A DNA stretch of 35,631 nucleotides from Pseudogymnoascus verrucosus (Eukaryota). How positions within the stretch are numbered: the first letter of the stretch is position 1; every line of letters begins with the position of its first letter. The stretch lies in NCBI GenBank assembly GCA_001662655.1, contig KV460207.1; one strand, 5' to 3'. The notes beneath the pieces are model-generated. The model was not told where the DNA came from. It made no database searches and saw only the letters and a list, made by a program, of their open reading frames with translations. The position numbers were made by a program, and so were the translations under genes. Below, one piece after another: positions 1-13,071 of this stretch.

Positions 1-1852
1 CCTTAACTGGCTTTCTCTGCTCGCCAGCGCTATCCTCGCAAACAGCAGGTGTACCGACTTCCATCCTGTAAACACACTTCTCCGCCTCGACCACCCGCCA
101 CACCTCATCCTTCTCTCTACACGCCATAACAACAATGGTGCTTCTCTTCGGCCCATTCCAGCACTGCGCTCCATCCTCAAATACCATCGAGAGTCTCTCT
201 CCAACCCCGAGACCCCGGCCATCAGCACCAACATCCTCATCAACCTCGACGGTATCAAACCTCCTAAAGGTGCCCAGTTGCGTGCTCCCGCCATTCTTCT
301 TTGATTTCTGCGTGCTCTTATCCATCCAGCACAACTCGTAGGTGTACTCGCCAGAATCGATGTCGACGCATTTACCCTTGAGGGCGCGGAAGACGTCCTG
401 TGGCCCGTAGTCGGCTTTGAGGTCGTTCTTCTTGTCCTCGAGCTCCGATCGTCTTGACTCTCCGTCGCTCTTGATGTTGTTGTATGCGTTGCGGGCTTCG
501 GTAACAGCGCGGGATTCGCTGTCGGCGGGGCCAGTGGTGTCCGCAAGGAGACCATTATCGACAAGAGTGCGGCGGAAGGACCTCACTCTGTCGTGGACCC
601 AGGTGCGGAGGGATGGGGGAAGATAGGCTTCGAAGCTGTAGACTGTAGAGTAAAAGAATTAGTCTTGCTGTGTCATATTACGTGTGGTAGGCGGTGTCAA
701 CTTACGAGCTTCAACATCGCTTTCCTCCTCCTCCTTCTCCCACTCTGCCCAGTTGATACCCTGCTCCTCGCTGTCTGGCTTTCCAATCTCCTCTAGGTCC
801 TTCTCAAACCCGCTAGCATCGAAATCAGAGTTGGTATCCTTCTCGGCCACATAATCCTCCCAAGCCTTGACAGCGCGCTTCACTCCTTCATCGTTGAAGT
901 TCGGGTTGTACTCCACCTTAAAGGCTTCCAGAATCGATTCAAGCTTTTGAACCTTCGAATTTGCCGCATTCCTCTTCTCAATCAAGCTTGTTAAGCTGTT
1001 CCTCAACTCCTCCACTCTTGCCTTAGCCAACTTGGCCAAAACCGTAACTCTCGACGCCTTCTCACTCGCGCCCTTAATAACCTTGCTTCGCTCCGACCAC
1101 TCGACATCCTCAAGTCGCCGTCTCGCCTCCTCCTCCTTTGTTTGCAGTGTCACGACTTCGCCCTCCAACTGATCAATCCGCTGTTGGATCCCAATTCTGA
1201 GCGTCTCAGCCTGCTTCAGCAGCTCGCCGCGCTTCAGCAGCGAAGCCCTCGCGCTCCTAACGCGCTCATCCTCCTTCTTCCGCCACTCCTTGCCCATTGC
1301 CGCACACCTATCCTCGCACACCACTCCGCCGACACCAGCCCACTCATCGCTACCATCGCAGCAAAGGTCGTAATCGCACACCCCGTCGTTGACGTAGCTG
1401 GATGGGATGTAGCCCGGCTGGTGGCCCTTGTTCTTGCAGTAGTAGCCGGGAAGAGCCAGAGTCGTGTTGCTGGTTCCGCTGGATGTGCCGGGGATGGGCT
1501 GGATGGGCGATAGCGAGGAGAGGTACGTGCAAGCTGATGTGCCTGGCTCGTCTGAACCGTCGGGGCAGTCGCAGTAGTCGTCGTTGACGCTCGAGAAGGG
1601 GATTACGACCGAGGGAGCTGTGATGCAGGCGAATGTGTCCTTGGAGCCCTTGTAATGCTTCGCGACTAGTCGTAGAGATAATGTGTTAGCTTTAATCATG
1701 CCCTGGCGTTCTACTTGGTGTGAGGGCAGGTGGAGGGGGATTGGGGCTCAAGACGTACAATCAGGTCCCACACCACGAGGCCGAGCCGGCTCGGACGCGG
1801 CGATGGAGCTTGCTGCATTGCTGAGCAACAGGAGAGCCGTTAAGTGCCGCAT
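1..1852 (-). CDS. GTB1: Glucosidase II beta subunit (PRKCSH family); 3' end runs off the window
   Basis: Exons 1852-1759, 1665-706 and 642-<1 joined by GT-AG introns. Signal peptide MRHLTALLLLS..RPRGVGPD, LDLa-like VNDDYCDCPDGSDEPGTSAC, a coiled coil, and an MRH domain (GEYTYELCW..GAQCWNGPKRST..EAEKCVY). The frame is still open at base 1 (..ESQLR). Confidence 0.95.
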
Positions 1853-2448
1853 GATGAAGTGTTGAAGTTGAGGTTGAACGCAATTGAACCTCAGCGTGTT
1901 TTGGGTCTTGGTGCCAGACTGGCAGCATCGTAGGTCGTGGGTGCACGGATAAATCTTGGCTGTGATGTCAACGGCTCGCGGCTCTACCCCTAACTAAATC
2001 CAATCGCCTACAACATTTCACCAACTCTTCTCGGTGTACTACGAATATGAAAAGTACGATACTTGAAGACCATCGCATTGAATTAATTCCTATGATTCCA
2101 GTCCTGCGTGTTTGGCTACCTACTGGCTTCCTATTTTTACGCCCATCACTCAATTAAGGGCCTCCCCCTCGGCCATAATGCTTATTTAGGGCGCTTCCCT
2201 TCCGGCAACTACTTTTCCCCGCCCCAATCGTACCTCTATGCATCCCCACGAGCCACCTGTTGGCCCTCCCTTTTCTCACAATGATGGCTGGTATCATAAA
2301 GCGCGTATCGAACATGGTCCTTATATGCAAGACCGGTATAACGCTGAAGACGAATGCAAAAACGCTTTTGGTAAACGCATGGCGCGGTAGTCTGTCGTAG
2401 TAATAATCTTCAAGTCGAAGTCTGTGTTGTGTATGGCCTTTGGTTATT

Positions 2449-4803
2449 TCACTCTGGGAGCTTGAAATCAACCCAGGTCCTGGTCAGGGTAGGCATTTCG
2501 CGAGGTGCCTCAGTTTCGACACCCTCTTGCCAACCAACGGTCTGCCATTCCTTCGAGTTCGACATGCGTACGTCGTTAGAAGCACTCCTATCATTTAGGA
2601 CGCGAATGCGACGCTTCTCGCGCTCGTTGATGACTTCGTGCATAACAGTTTGGCGCATAGTAGACGTCGCCCAATCATGGCTCCCAAGAGATGGTGCTTC
2701 CAGCACGTATTTCAGCAGCTGGAATGGCAGGTTGATAAGTATCCCGGAAATAAGAGATGCAGGGTTTGCATTCTTGAGAGCGGGGAGAATAGGCTCTTCC
2801 ATAGGATGATCGCCGAACTTGATTGAGCTTAACCGGGGGTTGTGTTTCGAGACTTTGGCCTTGCTGAGAACAGGAAGGCGGCTATTGAATGCTGGCTCAG
2901 AAGCAGTCACGTCAAAATCCAGGTGAGGCGGAAAGTTGGCGATCAAGAAGCCGAGAGCACTGTGAATGAGCATGTCGACAGCTGGCCCGTACGTGCTCGG
3001 ACAAATTCCGTTGAAGTTATTGTCCAAAGTCCACTGCGAGCTGAGGCCTCCATCGAGTGCAAAATTGAGGGCTTTCTCTAGTGTCAGCCAGTTGACAAGA
3101 TGGCATGCAACTTCGATACCTCGGCTCAAGACTGGAGGGATTTGAAGGATATGGCCAGCAGCAGCGTAGCCAAGGGCCAAATCAAACCTATGGAAGCTAG
3201 CAGGATTCGAAGTTGCCAAATTCTGGGCTTCTATGCTTCGGCCGGGAGTTGGTGGGGTATCTAGGCTATGAAGAGGTGCGCCGTAGAGACGCTGCAATGC
3301 GATCCAGAAACCATCTGAGCTCAGGAATCGGTCAGCAGTCTCGATTAAAATTGTTCGAGACGAGCTTTCGCTGCTTCCGTCGTTGGCCTGGGCTATCATG
3401 AGACGTTTTAATGTTGGGCTTCTGGCAAACAACAGGTTGTGTCCTGGAATACGCATTGGTTTGGCACGGTCATCCGTGTATCGTACTTCCAGCGTATAAT
3501 CGGCGAAGGTAGGATCAGCAAACTGGCCTTGAATATAGCCTAGTAGTCCATCAAGGTTATCCACGGATGGATGTGGAACAACGCCGTGTAGGCCCGAACC
3601 ACCGCGGCCACTCATCTGATGTTGGTAGTAAAGCTTGCCATCATCTGTATGGCCATTGCTTCCGTTGGTCGCCCGAGAAGTAGCGTTTGGATTGGGAAAC
3701 TGGGTGGGCCGAGGATCATGCTCATGAGGAGCCGATGAATGAGAGCGAAGGCTACGAGAGGTTGACGGGTCATAAAATTGCTGTCGGCGATTGTCGTTTA
3801 TGCCAGGAGTAGCTGAGGGTGAGTATCCTTCCGGGTGTGGGAAAGGTGGTGGGTGCCGGCGGGAAAAGCCGTCCATCGCTGGACTGTGCACAATATGGCC
3901 ACCATGCTGCTGCTGGAAGCCAAATCCGGGAGGTGGTGGAACTTGGAAGCCGTTGGAAAGGTGATGCATATGGCCATTAGTAGGTGGTGGCGGCGGGTAT
4001 GGATATTGAGACATTCCTGCAGACGAAAGAGGCGGCGCTGGCGAGGAGTTGTTCGAATCAGAATAGCCACCGAACACCATGCTTCCTTGGCTGGGATGAG
4101 TATGGTGCATTGGGTGAGGCCCGCCAGACACTTGGAACTTTGTGTATGTCGGAGCTTCAGTGTCAAGAGCTGGTCGGTTTGGCAGAGTATGCTGACCAGG
4201 GACAAATTGTGCTGGAGGCATATTGTAGGAGGATTTCGAGGCGCTAGGTTGCTTGTCGGATGAAGTTGGAACAGGATCTACTTGACGTGTCACTTTCTCA
4301 ACCTGAGTTTTATCCTCCTGTGTAGTTTGGCCTGGCTGAGCTACTATTACTTAATCAGCATTTGTGTGCGAAGCAATTGCTTATATCAAGATTTATATTC
4401 CTTGCTTACCGTGAGAATCATATCCTTCCGTGGTAACCTCGTGTTCAGTGTGTTCCTGTCCCAGGGCGCGTAGATTGTTGTCAGGAAGGTCCAATGCTTG
4501 ATTCTCTTCTACTTCAAAAGTCAAAGGGGAGGCTGCAGAGTATACAGTGTCGACCTTCTGCTTTGTTTCTTGATCCGAAGTGCCATTAGTATCAGTCGAG
4601 TGGCACGCCTCAACTGTCGCCGACGAATCGTTTGAAGTTGAAGTGCGGCTATCAGCAGTAGCATCAGACGCGACTTCTGTCTCCTCTTTGCGTGGAGCTC
4701 CTGCCAGCTTACGCTTCTGCACGTATGGCAGGGGGATAGCAGGAACAATAGACATTGGACGGGTGCGGTTGCCCTGTAGGTTCTTCGCAGCCTCGGCGGC
4801 CAT
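2449..4803 (-). CDS. Conserved fungal protein with a long Pro/His/Ser-rich disordered N-terminus and a C-terminal BTB/POZ-like domain
   Basis: Exons 4803-4410 and 4340-2449; the intron (GTAAGC..TAG) joins the two ORF-track frames. The segment FADYTLEVRY..IPGHNLLFARSPTLKRLM resembles a BTB start. The start ATG (MAAEAAK) is inferred. Confidence 0.75.
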
Positions 4804-5496
4804 CGTCAAATAGTTTGGGTGCCTCTCCGGATTATCGAATGGGACCTCGTTGGTGGTGATATCGGGTGTGACAAATGCAGTGACGTCCCCAAGATTCAAC
4901 AACGACCATGAATTTGGTCATGTAGCATCCGGGGAGGTCGGGCGCAGGTGTTGGTTGACGGTGGTTGTTGTAACCGTCGGGAGCTTGTTTGTTAAGAGCT
5001 TCTCATCCCCGCCATTTTCGGCGACCGTTAGCCTGGAGTATTTCTGTGCGTCGGGGTTCTTGCTGACTCAGCACCCCTACTGTACCTGTAACTAACCCAA
5101 CAGTATATACCCTTATTGTTCTTCTTTTATGATCCCAATTAGCATATTTTGTCTCATAAACCTGGTCATCCGCGAGAGACATATGGTTTTTATAGACATG
5201 TCTGTCTTTTAAATCATAGAAACTGCTATAACTCTACATATTGGTTCTAATCCTTCCACCTCCCCGAATTGTATCAAGCTATGCATATCCAGCCGACAGA
5301 TATGTGCAACCTATATACATGTTTACAAATTCAATATGGAAACATATCAACCAATATGTCGGTGCAAAAGTTGACCGACCCGCATAGCTGCATTATGTGG
5401 GGAGACTCACAGTTGACGATCGCGAGCGCCGATGTCAAGTATGCATCCCATGGTTCCAAACGCATTTCGGGTTTCACCAATAACGAAGTCGCCATT

Positions 5497-7135
5497 TCAT
5501 ACCCACCCGACACGTCGGCCAAGTACACTGGCGCCTCCAAAGAAGGCTGTGACTCCGGTGAACACGATAAGAGGGCCGTATCCACTGCCATATCCGAAAC
5601 CTCCCTGACCTTTCCAAGGCATACCTCGAATAAGTATCTCGCTCAATGGGCCCGAGACAACGTTTCCAATCCCTCTCCCTGCCGCAAGACAAGCAAAGAC
5701 CATTACCGGTTCAGCTGAATTCTTCTTCTTCTGGACGGCGCGCATAATTCCCGGATATGTGCTAGTGAAGCTACCGGCAAATAAGCCGTAGATTATGCAA
5801 AAGACGTAAAGGGGTGCGAGAGACACTGAAAAGCCCCAGATGACAAAGATGCCAATGGTAGATCCAATGGTTGATATCACAATACAGGTTGTAACGTGAT
5901 ACTTGTCGACGATGGAGCCCATCGCAATACAACCGAAGACGGAGGCGACGTTGAAGATCACCACTGTAAGCGCACTTTCAACGCTTGATGCTCCGATATT
6001 GCGCGCATAACTGGGAAGATAAATAGACGGAAGAAAGAACCCAAGCGCCTCGATGACATTGCAAGCCTGTAGAATGCCAAATATCTTCGTGTTGAGAAAG
6101 CTGAAATCGATGCGGCGCGATTGGGTGCTTTGAGATAGAGGCACACGAGGCTTCACGAAGTAGAGTAGGGGAGCCGTGAAGACGAACAAAGCAACGGCCC
6201 AAGCTCGAAGGGTGAGTTTGTATCCATACTTCTCAAGGAAAACTTGCATAGCAAGTGGTAAAATAACCCCTGCAAGGCCAGTGCCTGCCTACAGTGAAGC
6301 CGTTAGGTACAGTTTCAATATATCGAAGAGATCGAGCACACATACCCACATAATCCCGAATGCCAACCCTTTCCTTTTCACAAACCACTCGTCCATATAA
6401 ATTATGCATGGAGAATATGCAAGGCTGCCTCCTATAGCATAGAAAATGCCCTGGCTGGCTATGAGGTGGGTAGTTGTCGTTGCGAAAGAACTGAGTGCCA
6501 GAGCTAGGCACATTATGAAGAGGCCCACGCCAGTGCAGTAGGGACGGAATCTTGGCCATATCTGCAAAACTGCAAATATAATGGGCAAATCAAGATACAT
6601 AATACCCTTCAAGGTGTTAGCTGGGCTAATTTTGAACTGACCCTTCCCAGACTAGAGCCGCTATTACTGACCATGGCGCATGTTCCGATAACTGCAATGT
6701 TTCGGGATCCAGCAAATGGTTCATGCGTAGCATAGTAATCCTGGAAAACACCATAGGTGAAAGGGAAGCCTATCGCTGGGGGTCAGCACATCCTACTGTA
6801 ATGGATCCATGTGAGCGTTTTTTTGACAAGAACACACGCAACAACATTGTATGAATACTATGGTGTTATTATCGCCAGTAATGACAGACACAAAGAAGAG
6901 AAATTTAATATGGCATACCCCAAACTAGAGCTTCGATAACAAAACACGCTGCCAGGAAGAGCCACGCATCCTTCCCTCCGTCGACGGGAGGCAGAGAGAA
7001 TTCATGAGGGGTAGGGGAATTTGGAGATTCTAATTCAGCTTCGGCATCCGAAGCCGTATGGCTCTGGTCCTGCCAAACTCCAGAGGTTTGGTGGGAATCT
7101 TCGAATCTGTGAAGCTCAATCTGCGAACTCGCCAT
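5497..7135 (-). CDS. MFS transporter, monocarboxylate porter (MCH-like) family
   Basis: Exons 7135-6919, 6769-6672, 6606-6346 and 6288-5497. Motifs LPPVDGGKDAWLFL, WGFPFTYGVFQDYY and EWFVKRKGLAFGIMWAGTG, with many hydrophobic helices. Confidence 0.92.
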
Positions 7136-7517
7136 TGTGCTGTATATTCTGTATTGTTACTGTCTTCGTTGCGACAACGGAGGAGAGAGCGGGTAGCAGC
7201 GGCGAACTGAGAAGACATGGAGACGCTCGGATAGCCGTCAGCACTTATTCCAAAAGTAGCTTAGTTCCAACGGCTGGACCCTTGCTAGTAACGGATCCCC
7301 GCACGACGTCATAAGCAGCAGGGGTGGGAGTCTCAAAATCTCAAAAACATCTGATCGATGAATCGAAGAAATGGCGCGATGAAAATCTTCAATGCTTGTC
7401 TCAAAAACGATGTTCAACCGCAATATACTCGTTTGAACGTTTTTATCTTAATCTCAGTTGCTATAGATACTACTAGTATAGACAAACCCTCGTCATAGTT
7501 TTGGGCGGCGTGAGTAC

Positions 7518-8597
7518 TCAACATCTAAACTTTAACAATCGCGTTCGCTCCATCCTGGTCAAGAGCGAGGCAAGCTCAACCTCTTCTTTCCCCTCAAACG
7601 CAGCACATATCGACCCCGCCACGAAGTGAGTCTGCACCACCTCCCCTTCAGTAACATGAGCCGACCATGAGGGATCATCGACCGACTTTCCCTCCCCCAA
7701 ATTCTTCCAGCGTGTAATAATGAAGGCCCGGCCTTCTTTACGCCTCCCGACGGCCATCGAGTCGACTCGAAACTCCGTCGCGCAGTAATCACACTGTATC
7801 AAGCCTGAGCATGTGGTGCTAACATCATCTTCCCCGCCATGGGCGCAGCAGTCGCACTTCGCGACGCCAGGCCCGTATTCGACCTCGTTCCCTTTGCTCT
7901 TGTGGAACATACGATACTCGGCCTTGCCATTCGGCAGGTGTATGACCCTTCCACGGACATAAGAAAAGTGCGGGCAGATGAAGGTGACCCAATATTTGGA
8001 GAACTTGCCGTCATTGCCACGGTGGATGATAAAGGTGGACCTATGGCGGGCGATGAGCGTGCCGTTGGCTATTTTTACCGACGAAGTCTCTCGAAAATCA
8101 TGTTGTTTGGTACTAAATTTGTCGGTATCTAATAGCCTCAGGAGAGGCCAGCAGCTGTATGAACCCTGTCGGTGTCGCTTCATCGCCATTTGAAAGACGA
8201 CGTGGCTGAATTTAAAGCCGATATATTTGTCTATTAAGTGGGACACCCTACTGTCGCACCTGCTAGAGTCTAATATGTGCTTCCTATCGAACTTGATAGT
8301 GTGCAACTTGGCGCAGTGGTAGCATGCAATGTAATCTTTAAGGTCTCGCTCGAGGAGGCTTAGGAACTCGGACGTCTTAAAGGGATGATGGCCGCGTTTG
8401 CATTTCAGATAGGGGATGGCGAGTAAGGCGTAAACGGGCGTGCAGCAGAGAGCGAAAGAGGCAGCTGAGGCAGCAGGCAGGAATGTCGCGATGTGGGCTA
8501 AGAGCTCAGGGGGGAGCTTGGAGAGGCTCGAGGATTCGAGCGCATCTGGCTTTAGACGTCGCTTGAATATGGATAGGAGGGTCTCCAGGGGCGCCAT
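7518..8597 (-). CDS. F-box protein with a Cys/His-rich C-terminal region
   Basis: Intronless 359-aa ORF. F-box LSKLPPELLAHIATFLP, followed by CYHCAKLH, CPH, CDCC and CDYCATEF. Confidence 0.8.
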   Translation of the reverse strand: MAPLETLLSIFKRRLKPDALESSSLSKLPPELLAHIATFLPAASAASFALCCTPVYALLAIPYLKCKRGHHPFKTSEFLSLLERDLKDYIACYHCAKLHTIKFDRKHILDSSRCDSRVSHLIDKYIGFKFSHVVFQMAMKRHRQGSYSCWPLLRLLDTDKFSTKQHDFRETSSVKIANGTLIARHRSTFIIHRGNDGKFSKYWVTFICPHFSYVRGRVIHLPNGKAEYRMFHKSKGNEVEYGPGVAKCDCCAHGGEDDVSTTCSGLIQCDYCATEFRVDSMAVGRRKEGRAFIITRWKNLGEGKSVDDPSWSAHVTEGEVVQTHFVAGSICAAFEGKEEVELASLLTRMERTRLLKFRC

Positions 8598-9136
8598 CTG
8601 AGAACGAATAAACTCAAGGTGTGTCGATGCCGTTTGGGCTGATTTGGGTATGCGAGTTTGAATAAAGGAAGAATATTTGGGATGAGGCGGTGCGATTTAT
8701 TATACCGTTCTATAGATCGGTCCCTTGGTGGCATGAGCTGGCCACAACGCGTTTTATAAGACCACTAATGGTCCAACAGCCCATCCATCACTAACATGTA
8801 ACTAGAGGCATTCAGTTACTCACGGCTATAATCAGTAAGTTAGTGACTAACAGATAGAACTGAAGACATAAGCTCTATTAGCTAAAATAGTTAGTATATA
8901 TTCTTAGCTAAGTCGGTCCCTCTTTAGACTTTTAGGTAGCACGAGTATCGAATATCGTGACCTCAAAGCGTCTAGCGATAAAGTACTGCTTGAAACTTTC
9001 CCTGTCCTCGCCCATTCTCTTACTTAACGACTGTGTCTGAATTTACGAACTGGTAGATTGTAGCGCATCTAATTTCTATACCGTTCTAACCACCATGCCA
9101 CTCCTTCCGATAGTGTGCACGCTATCTGCTAGTCAC

Positions 9137-9853
9137 TCAAAATATCCACTGGCTTGCTAGCTGCGTGTACTGCGACGGGTACAGATCGCTCGGCACCTCC
9201 GTGCTTTTCCTCTTCTTGAAATTATCATAAAACCTCTTTAAAGCCGGGAGCTGGGGATCTTCCAGAAGATCGAGGTTGTAAAGGTTGTTTGAAAACTGCA
9301 ACAGGGAAAATAGGACGCAGTCCGCAATAGTTGAAGCGCCACCTCCAGTCTCGAAACGCACATCGCCGTCGTAGTACTTCTCGATCAGCTTGAGATTCTT
9401 CCTTGTCCATTCCATCGCCATCTTAGCCCCCTCTGGGCTTGAGGGCTCAAGAGTCTCAAATAGACGGGAGCCCTTGTGGCAGGCAAAGCCGTAGTGGGCC
9501 ATCGCTTCGTCAGATAACCCGAGGATACTCCTCATTCGAGCTCTGTCTTCGGCCGAGTCGCCTCTCATGCTAGGTTGTCTCGAGTAGCTAGCTAGCTTCC
9601 TCTGCCATTCTCCGCGAGGGTTGTCACAAATATCTTCGAAGTACTCGAGTATGGCTAGGGATTGCTTGATGAAAGAGCCGTCCGGAAGCCGAAGAATTGG
9701 GGTTGTCCCTTCAGGTTTGCCGGGTGCGCCAGTTTGCATGTCAACTGGTGTAATCTTGATCATTCCTGAGTCAAGGAGACCCTTTTCACCGAGGTAAATA
9801 AGTACTCGGCGAGGATAGACACCAAAGTCGAGAACGTAGAGTTCGAGGGACAT
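9137..9853 (-). CDS. Glutathione S-transferase (GTT2-like fungal class)
   Basis: Intronless 238-aa ORF. GST motifs YPRRVLIYLGEKG, cis-Pro TTPIL, QSLAILEY and N-capping STIADC. Confidence 0.88.
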   Translation of the reverse strand: MSLELYVLDFGVYPRRVLIYLGEKGLLDSGMIKITPVDMQTGAPGKPEGTTPILRLPDGSFIKQSLAILEYFEDICDNPRGEWQRKLASYSRQPSMRGDSAEDRARMRSILGLSDEAMAHYGFACHKGSRLFETLEPSSPEGAKMAMEWTRKNLKLIEKYYDGDVRFETGGGASTIADCVLFSLLQFSNNLYNLDLLEDPQLPALKRFYDNFKKRKSTEVPSDLYPSQYTQLASQWIF

Positions 9854-10411
9854 GGCAGTGTATGTTCAATATAGCAGAGTGTAGATTGCAAATGGATCCT
9901 ATGGTAACAAAGGCATCAGAGAATATGTGATAAAAGCATGTTATTTGTAGATAATTTCTCTAGACTCTAAATAGGTGCGAAAGGTCTCCGACGATACCTT
10001 GGGGGGTGTGTTGTGTTATGTTGTGGGGCGCACTTACACGTACCTTTAGTCACCAACGTCGTCTAGGCCCATCCTATAACCCCTGCAATCCTACACCGAT
10101 ATCTAATACAGCAGAAAATGGGAGGCTATGGGTTCTGATTAGAAATCGGGTCTCGACCATGGAGTATTTAGATTAATAGCTGGTTAAACATTTATCATCA
10201 CACGTGCTCTTAAACGTCTGGACCGAGCCGCTGGTCTGGGTCGAGTACAGGCGAATAGAGAACCTGATAATTTAATCACTAGTCGCTTTGAGACTACGAT
10301 AGATTTAATAGTATTTCATTATGAGCTAATTACCGGGAACTATCTCTTACAGTTTGCGATTTTAGTTCTACATCCAAAAATTCTCACTAGACGACAACTT
10401 AGACGCGACAC

Positions 10412-12985
10412 TTAATGGATGGCCATAACTTCCACAGTGGTCCCCCCTGAAAGTCCTTCTAGATGATAGAGAGGCTCTAGGCGGGCATTACTCTGGAATA
10501 ATATGTAACGCTTAATAAACCATGGTAGCCAGGTTCGAGTCTGATATGCGGCGTGGCGTCTCGTAGGGACCCCGAAGATATAATCCAACTCTTCAAGTGT
10601 ACGTTGCCTACTAACTGTTAGTGAATGCTGGATGCTACTAAGACAAAACTTACTTGGTTTCAGGCAGGAAGAAGAAAATGATAACAAAGGCTACCATGTT
10701 CAGACCAGCATAGAAGCCAAACGCTATAGAATATATTAGCAAGAACTACCAACTCATGTGCTGCTACTGCCCCTACTCACCTCCAGTAGGGCCCATGCCA
10801 CTTAAAATTGAGGGGAACGTCAAGCCAAGGATACTAGAAAGTGTATTGTTGATAAATATCGAGAAGGCGACTCCAATCTCCCGATGGGACAATGGGAAAC
10901 ACTCCGAAGCGTAAACGTTTGGAACAGGCCCAATTCCTAAAAACTGTTAAAGAGGAATGAATCACTGAGTCACGGGAAAACGTACCAGGTGAATATAGCG
11001 CTGTAAATAAGTAAACGAAAAAAGCGATAAGTGGAAGGCGTGCGCTGTTCTCTGCAGGGATAAGAAAGCAGCACCCTGCGGCAACCAAGCACCATGCCAT
11101 ATTTGGGAAAGTAAACAGTAGCAGATTCCGGCGGCCAAACGTATCGATTGTCCAGATAGCAGGAAAGGCGAAGATGAAGTTGACAAGGCCAAACCCAAAG
11201 GAAGCAAGGAGGGTTTCTAGCGTATTGGATCCAGCTTCTTTGAATATCGTGGACGAGTAGAATGACATGATGTTAATTCCTGAGAATTGTTGGGCCACCA
11301 TAACGATCGCACCACCAAGGTTTGCTCGGCGGATTCTAGGTATTGTGAATATCTCTTTAGCGCGTTGGGCCAGCGTTGTGCCTTTGAATGCCTCTTCTTC
11401 CTCGACGAATTGGCAATGTGCGTAGTACTATTATTTTGTTAACATCTGTAATCAAGTAAAACTACTGGGTCGGCTTACGAGATCTCGGGCCGCGATAACC
11501 TCAGAATTGCGTAGACGGCAAAACGATCGGAAGGAATCCTTGTAGCGATGCTTCTTGAGGAGCCAACGTGGAGATTCTAAAATGTCAGTCTCGGAACAAA
11601 ATCGTGAACAGATGGGCATACCAGGGCAAAACCATATCAAGATTACAATTGGTACCGCTGGAGCGAAGGCAGCTGCGAGTTGGAACCGCCAGGCAAGCGG
11701 GCCTATACGATAGAACACGAGATTTGAGCAGAAACCGCTATGATCTGTTAGGACAGCGATGGCTATTGGAAAGGTGAGCAACATACACCAGAATACCAAA
11801 CGCAACAAAAAGCTGGAAGCTCATGACAAGTCCTCCGCGAATGGCAGCAGGGACAATCTCAGATGTCATGATTGGGATGGTTGTCGTCTTGATCCCCATA
11901 CCTGCAGTAGTAAGCATCTCTAGTAACAAGAGAGCCACTGCATAGACATACCAAATCCCATAAGCAGCCGGCAAATCAGTAAACTCCACCAGTTATGTGT
12001 AAAGGCTTGTCCGAGCACTGGAAATATAACGCTGGAGAAACACATTAGCTGTTGCATCGTAACGTGTATTTCGGCACTTACAAGAGGCCAGTAATGAATA
12101 TCACTCCTCGACGACCTACCCAATTGTTCATTGGATCGGCTACCCAGGTACTAAAACAATATTAGCTCAGATCTGCGCAGTAGCAATGGAACCCAGCGAT
12201 ACAAGTTGCAGTGGTTTTGATTAGAAAGGAAAGTGATACAAGGTTATGAGAAGAAATTGTCCTTACCTCATAAGACCTGAGATCCCTGGCCTAAGCTCGT
12301 ATTAGAATAAGCGGTTGTTAAGTTTGGTTACCAATACTCACGCAGCGTTGACGAAGCCGACAAGCCAAGTGTTATTCTCAATGCCAAATTCTTTTGGAAA
12401 CGATAGATTCGCTCCATTTGCGCCGGTGTTGTCCCAGCCCCTATGCAGAGTTAGAAAGGTCATCGCATTTGCTTTCTAGAGGCAGAGACGTACTGGATAG
12501 CCGAGCCAAGTGAGCAGATAGCGACGGTATAGTACAGCGCCCAAGGCAAACGCCATTTGTCTAGATTTGAATTTAGAATTATTATTATGAATGGCAGTAC
12601 TCAACTCACGAGTCTTCTCTTCACGAATCGTGATTTTGTCCTCTTCATCGAGCTCTTCGATGTCTTCAAAGCTCTCTGGATGTTGCGCCAGAAGAGATCC
12701 CTTTCGGAAGACAGACGTTTTATCCTCCAGATCATGTTCCTTGCAGAATGCCGTGACCTGTGCCAACAAATCTGGCTTTGATATTCCTAATAAGGGGTTT
12801 CGAATCCTATGGACTGGTCAGCGAGGTTGCTACAAACGATTAAGGATTACACCGTACTTCGCGTTCACATTGTTAGCGTAGTCATCTCCCACATTGATAT
12901 GGCTGTTAGGTGAAGTGAGCCCTTCGACATGATGAAAGTCTTCCTTGCCATTCTTGACAAGCGATGGTGTTGGAGAATTTGACAT
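10412..12985 (-). CDS. MFS sugar porter, polyol/inositol transporter-like clade; about 14 exons
   Basis: The manually spliced product has QGWDNTGANGANLSFP, GRRG, SEIVPAAIRGGLV, PESPRW, QQFSGIN, DTFGRRNLLL, SECFPLSHREIG and PETK..TLEELD. There are 13 GT-AG introns, including a 24-nt exon at 12267-12290. Confidence 0.92.
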
Positions 12986-13071
12986 GGTGGGCCAGAATTT
13001 GAATGGATGTTGCTATCACGCTCGAAATTGATGATCCTGTGGCCAATACCGGGCCATCTTTATACTTCTCT

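Noticed and set aside
4195..4240. PAM2-like motif (SSYNMPPAQFVP) in the BTB-like protein
   Set aside because: It is a poor match to the LNxxAxEFxP consensus.
8760..8990. TA-rich intergenic patch with short palindromes (GTTAGTGACTAAC, CTTAGCTAAG)
   Set aside because: I found no terminal inverted repeats, target-site duplication or coding remnant, so it cannot be called a mobile element.
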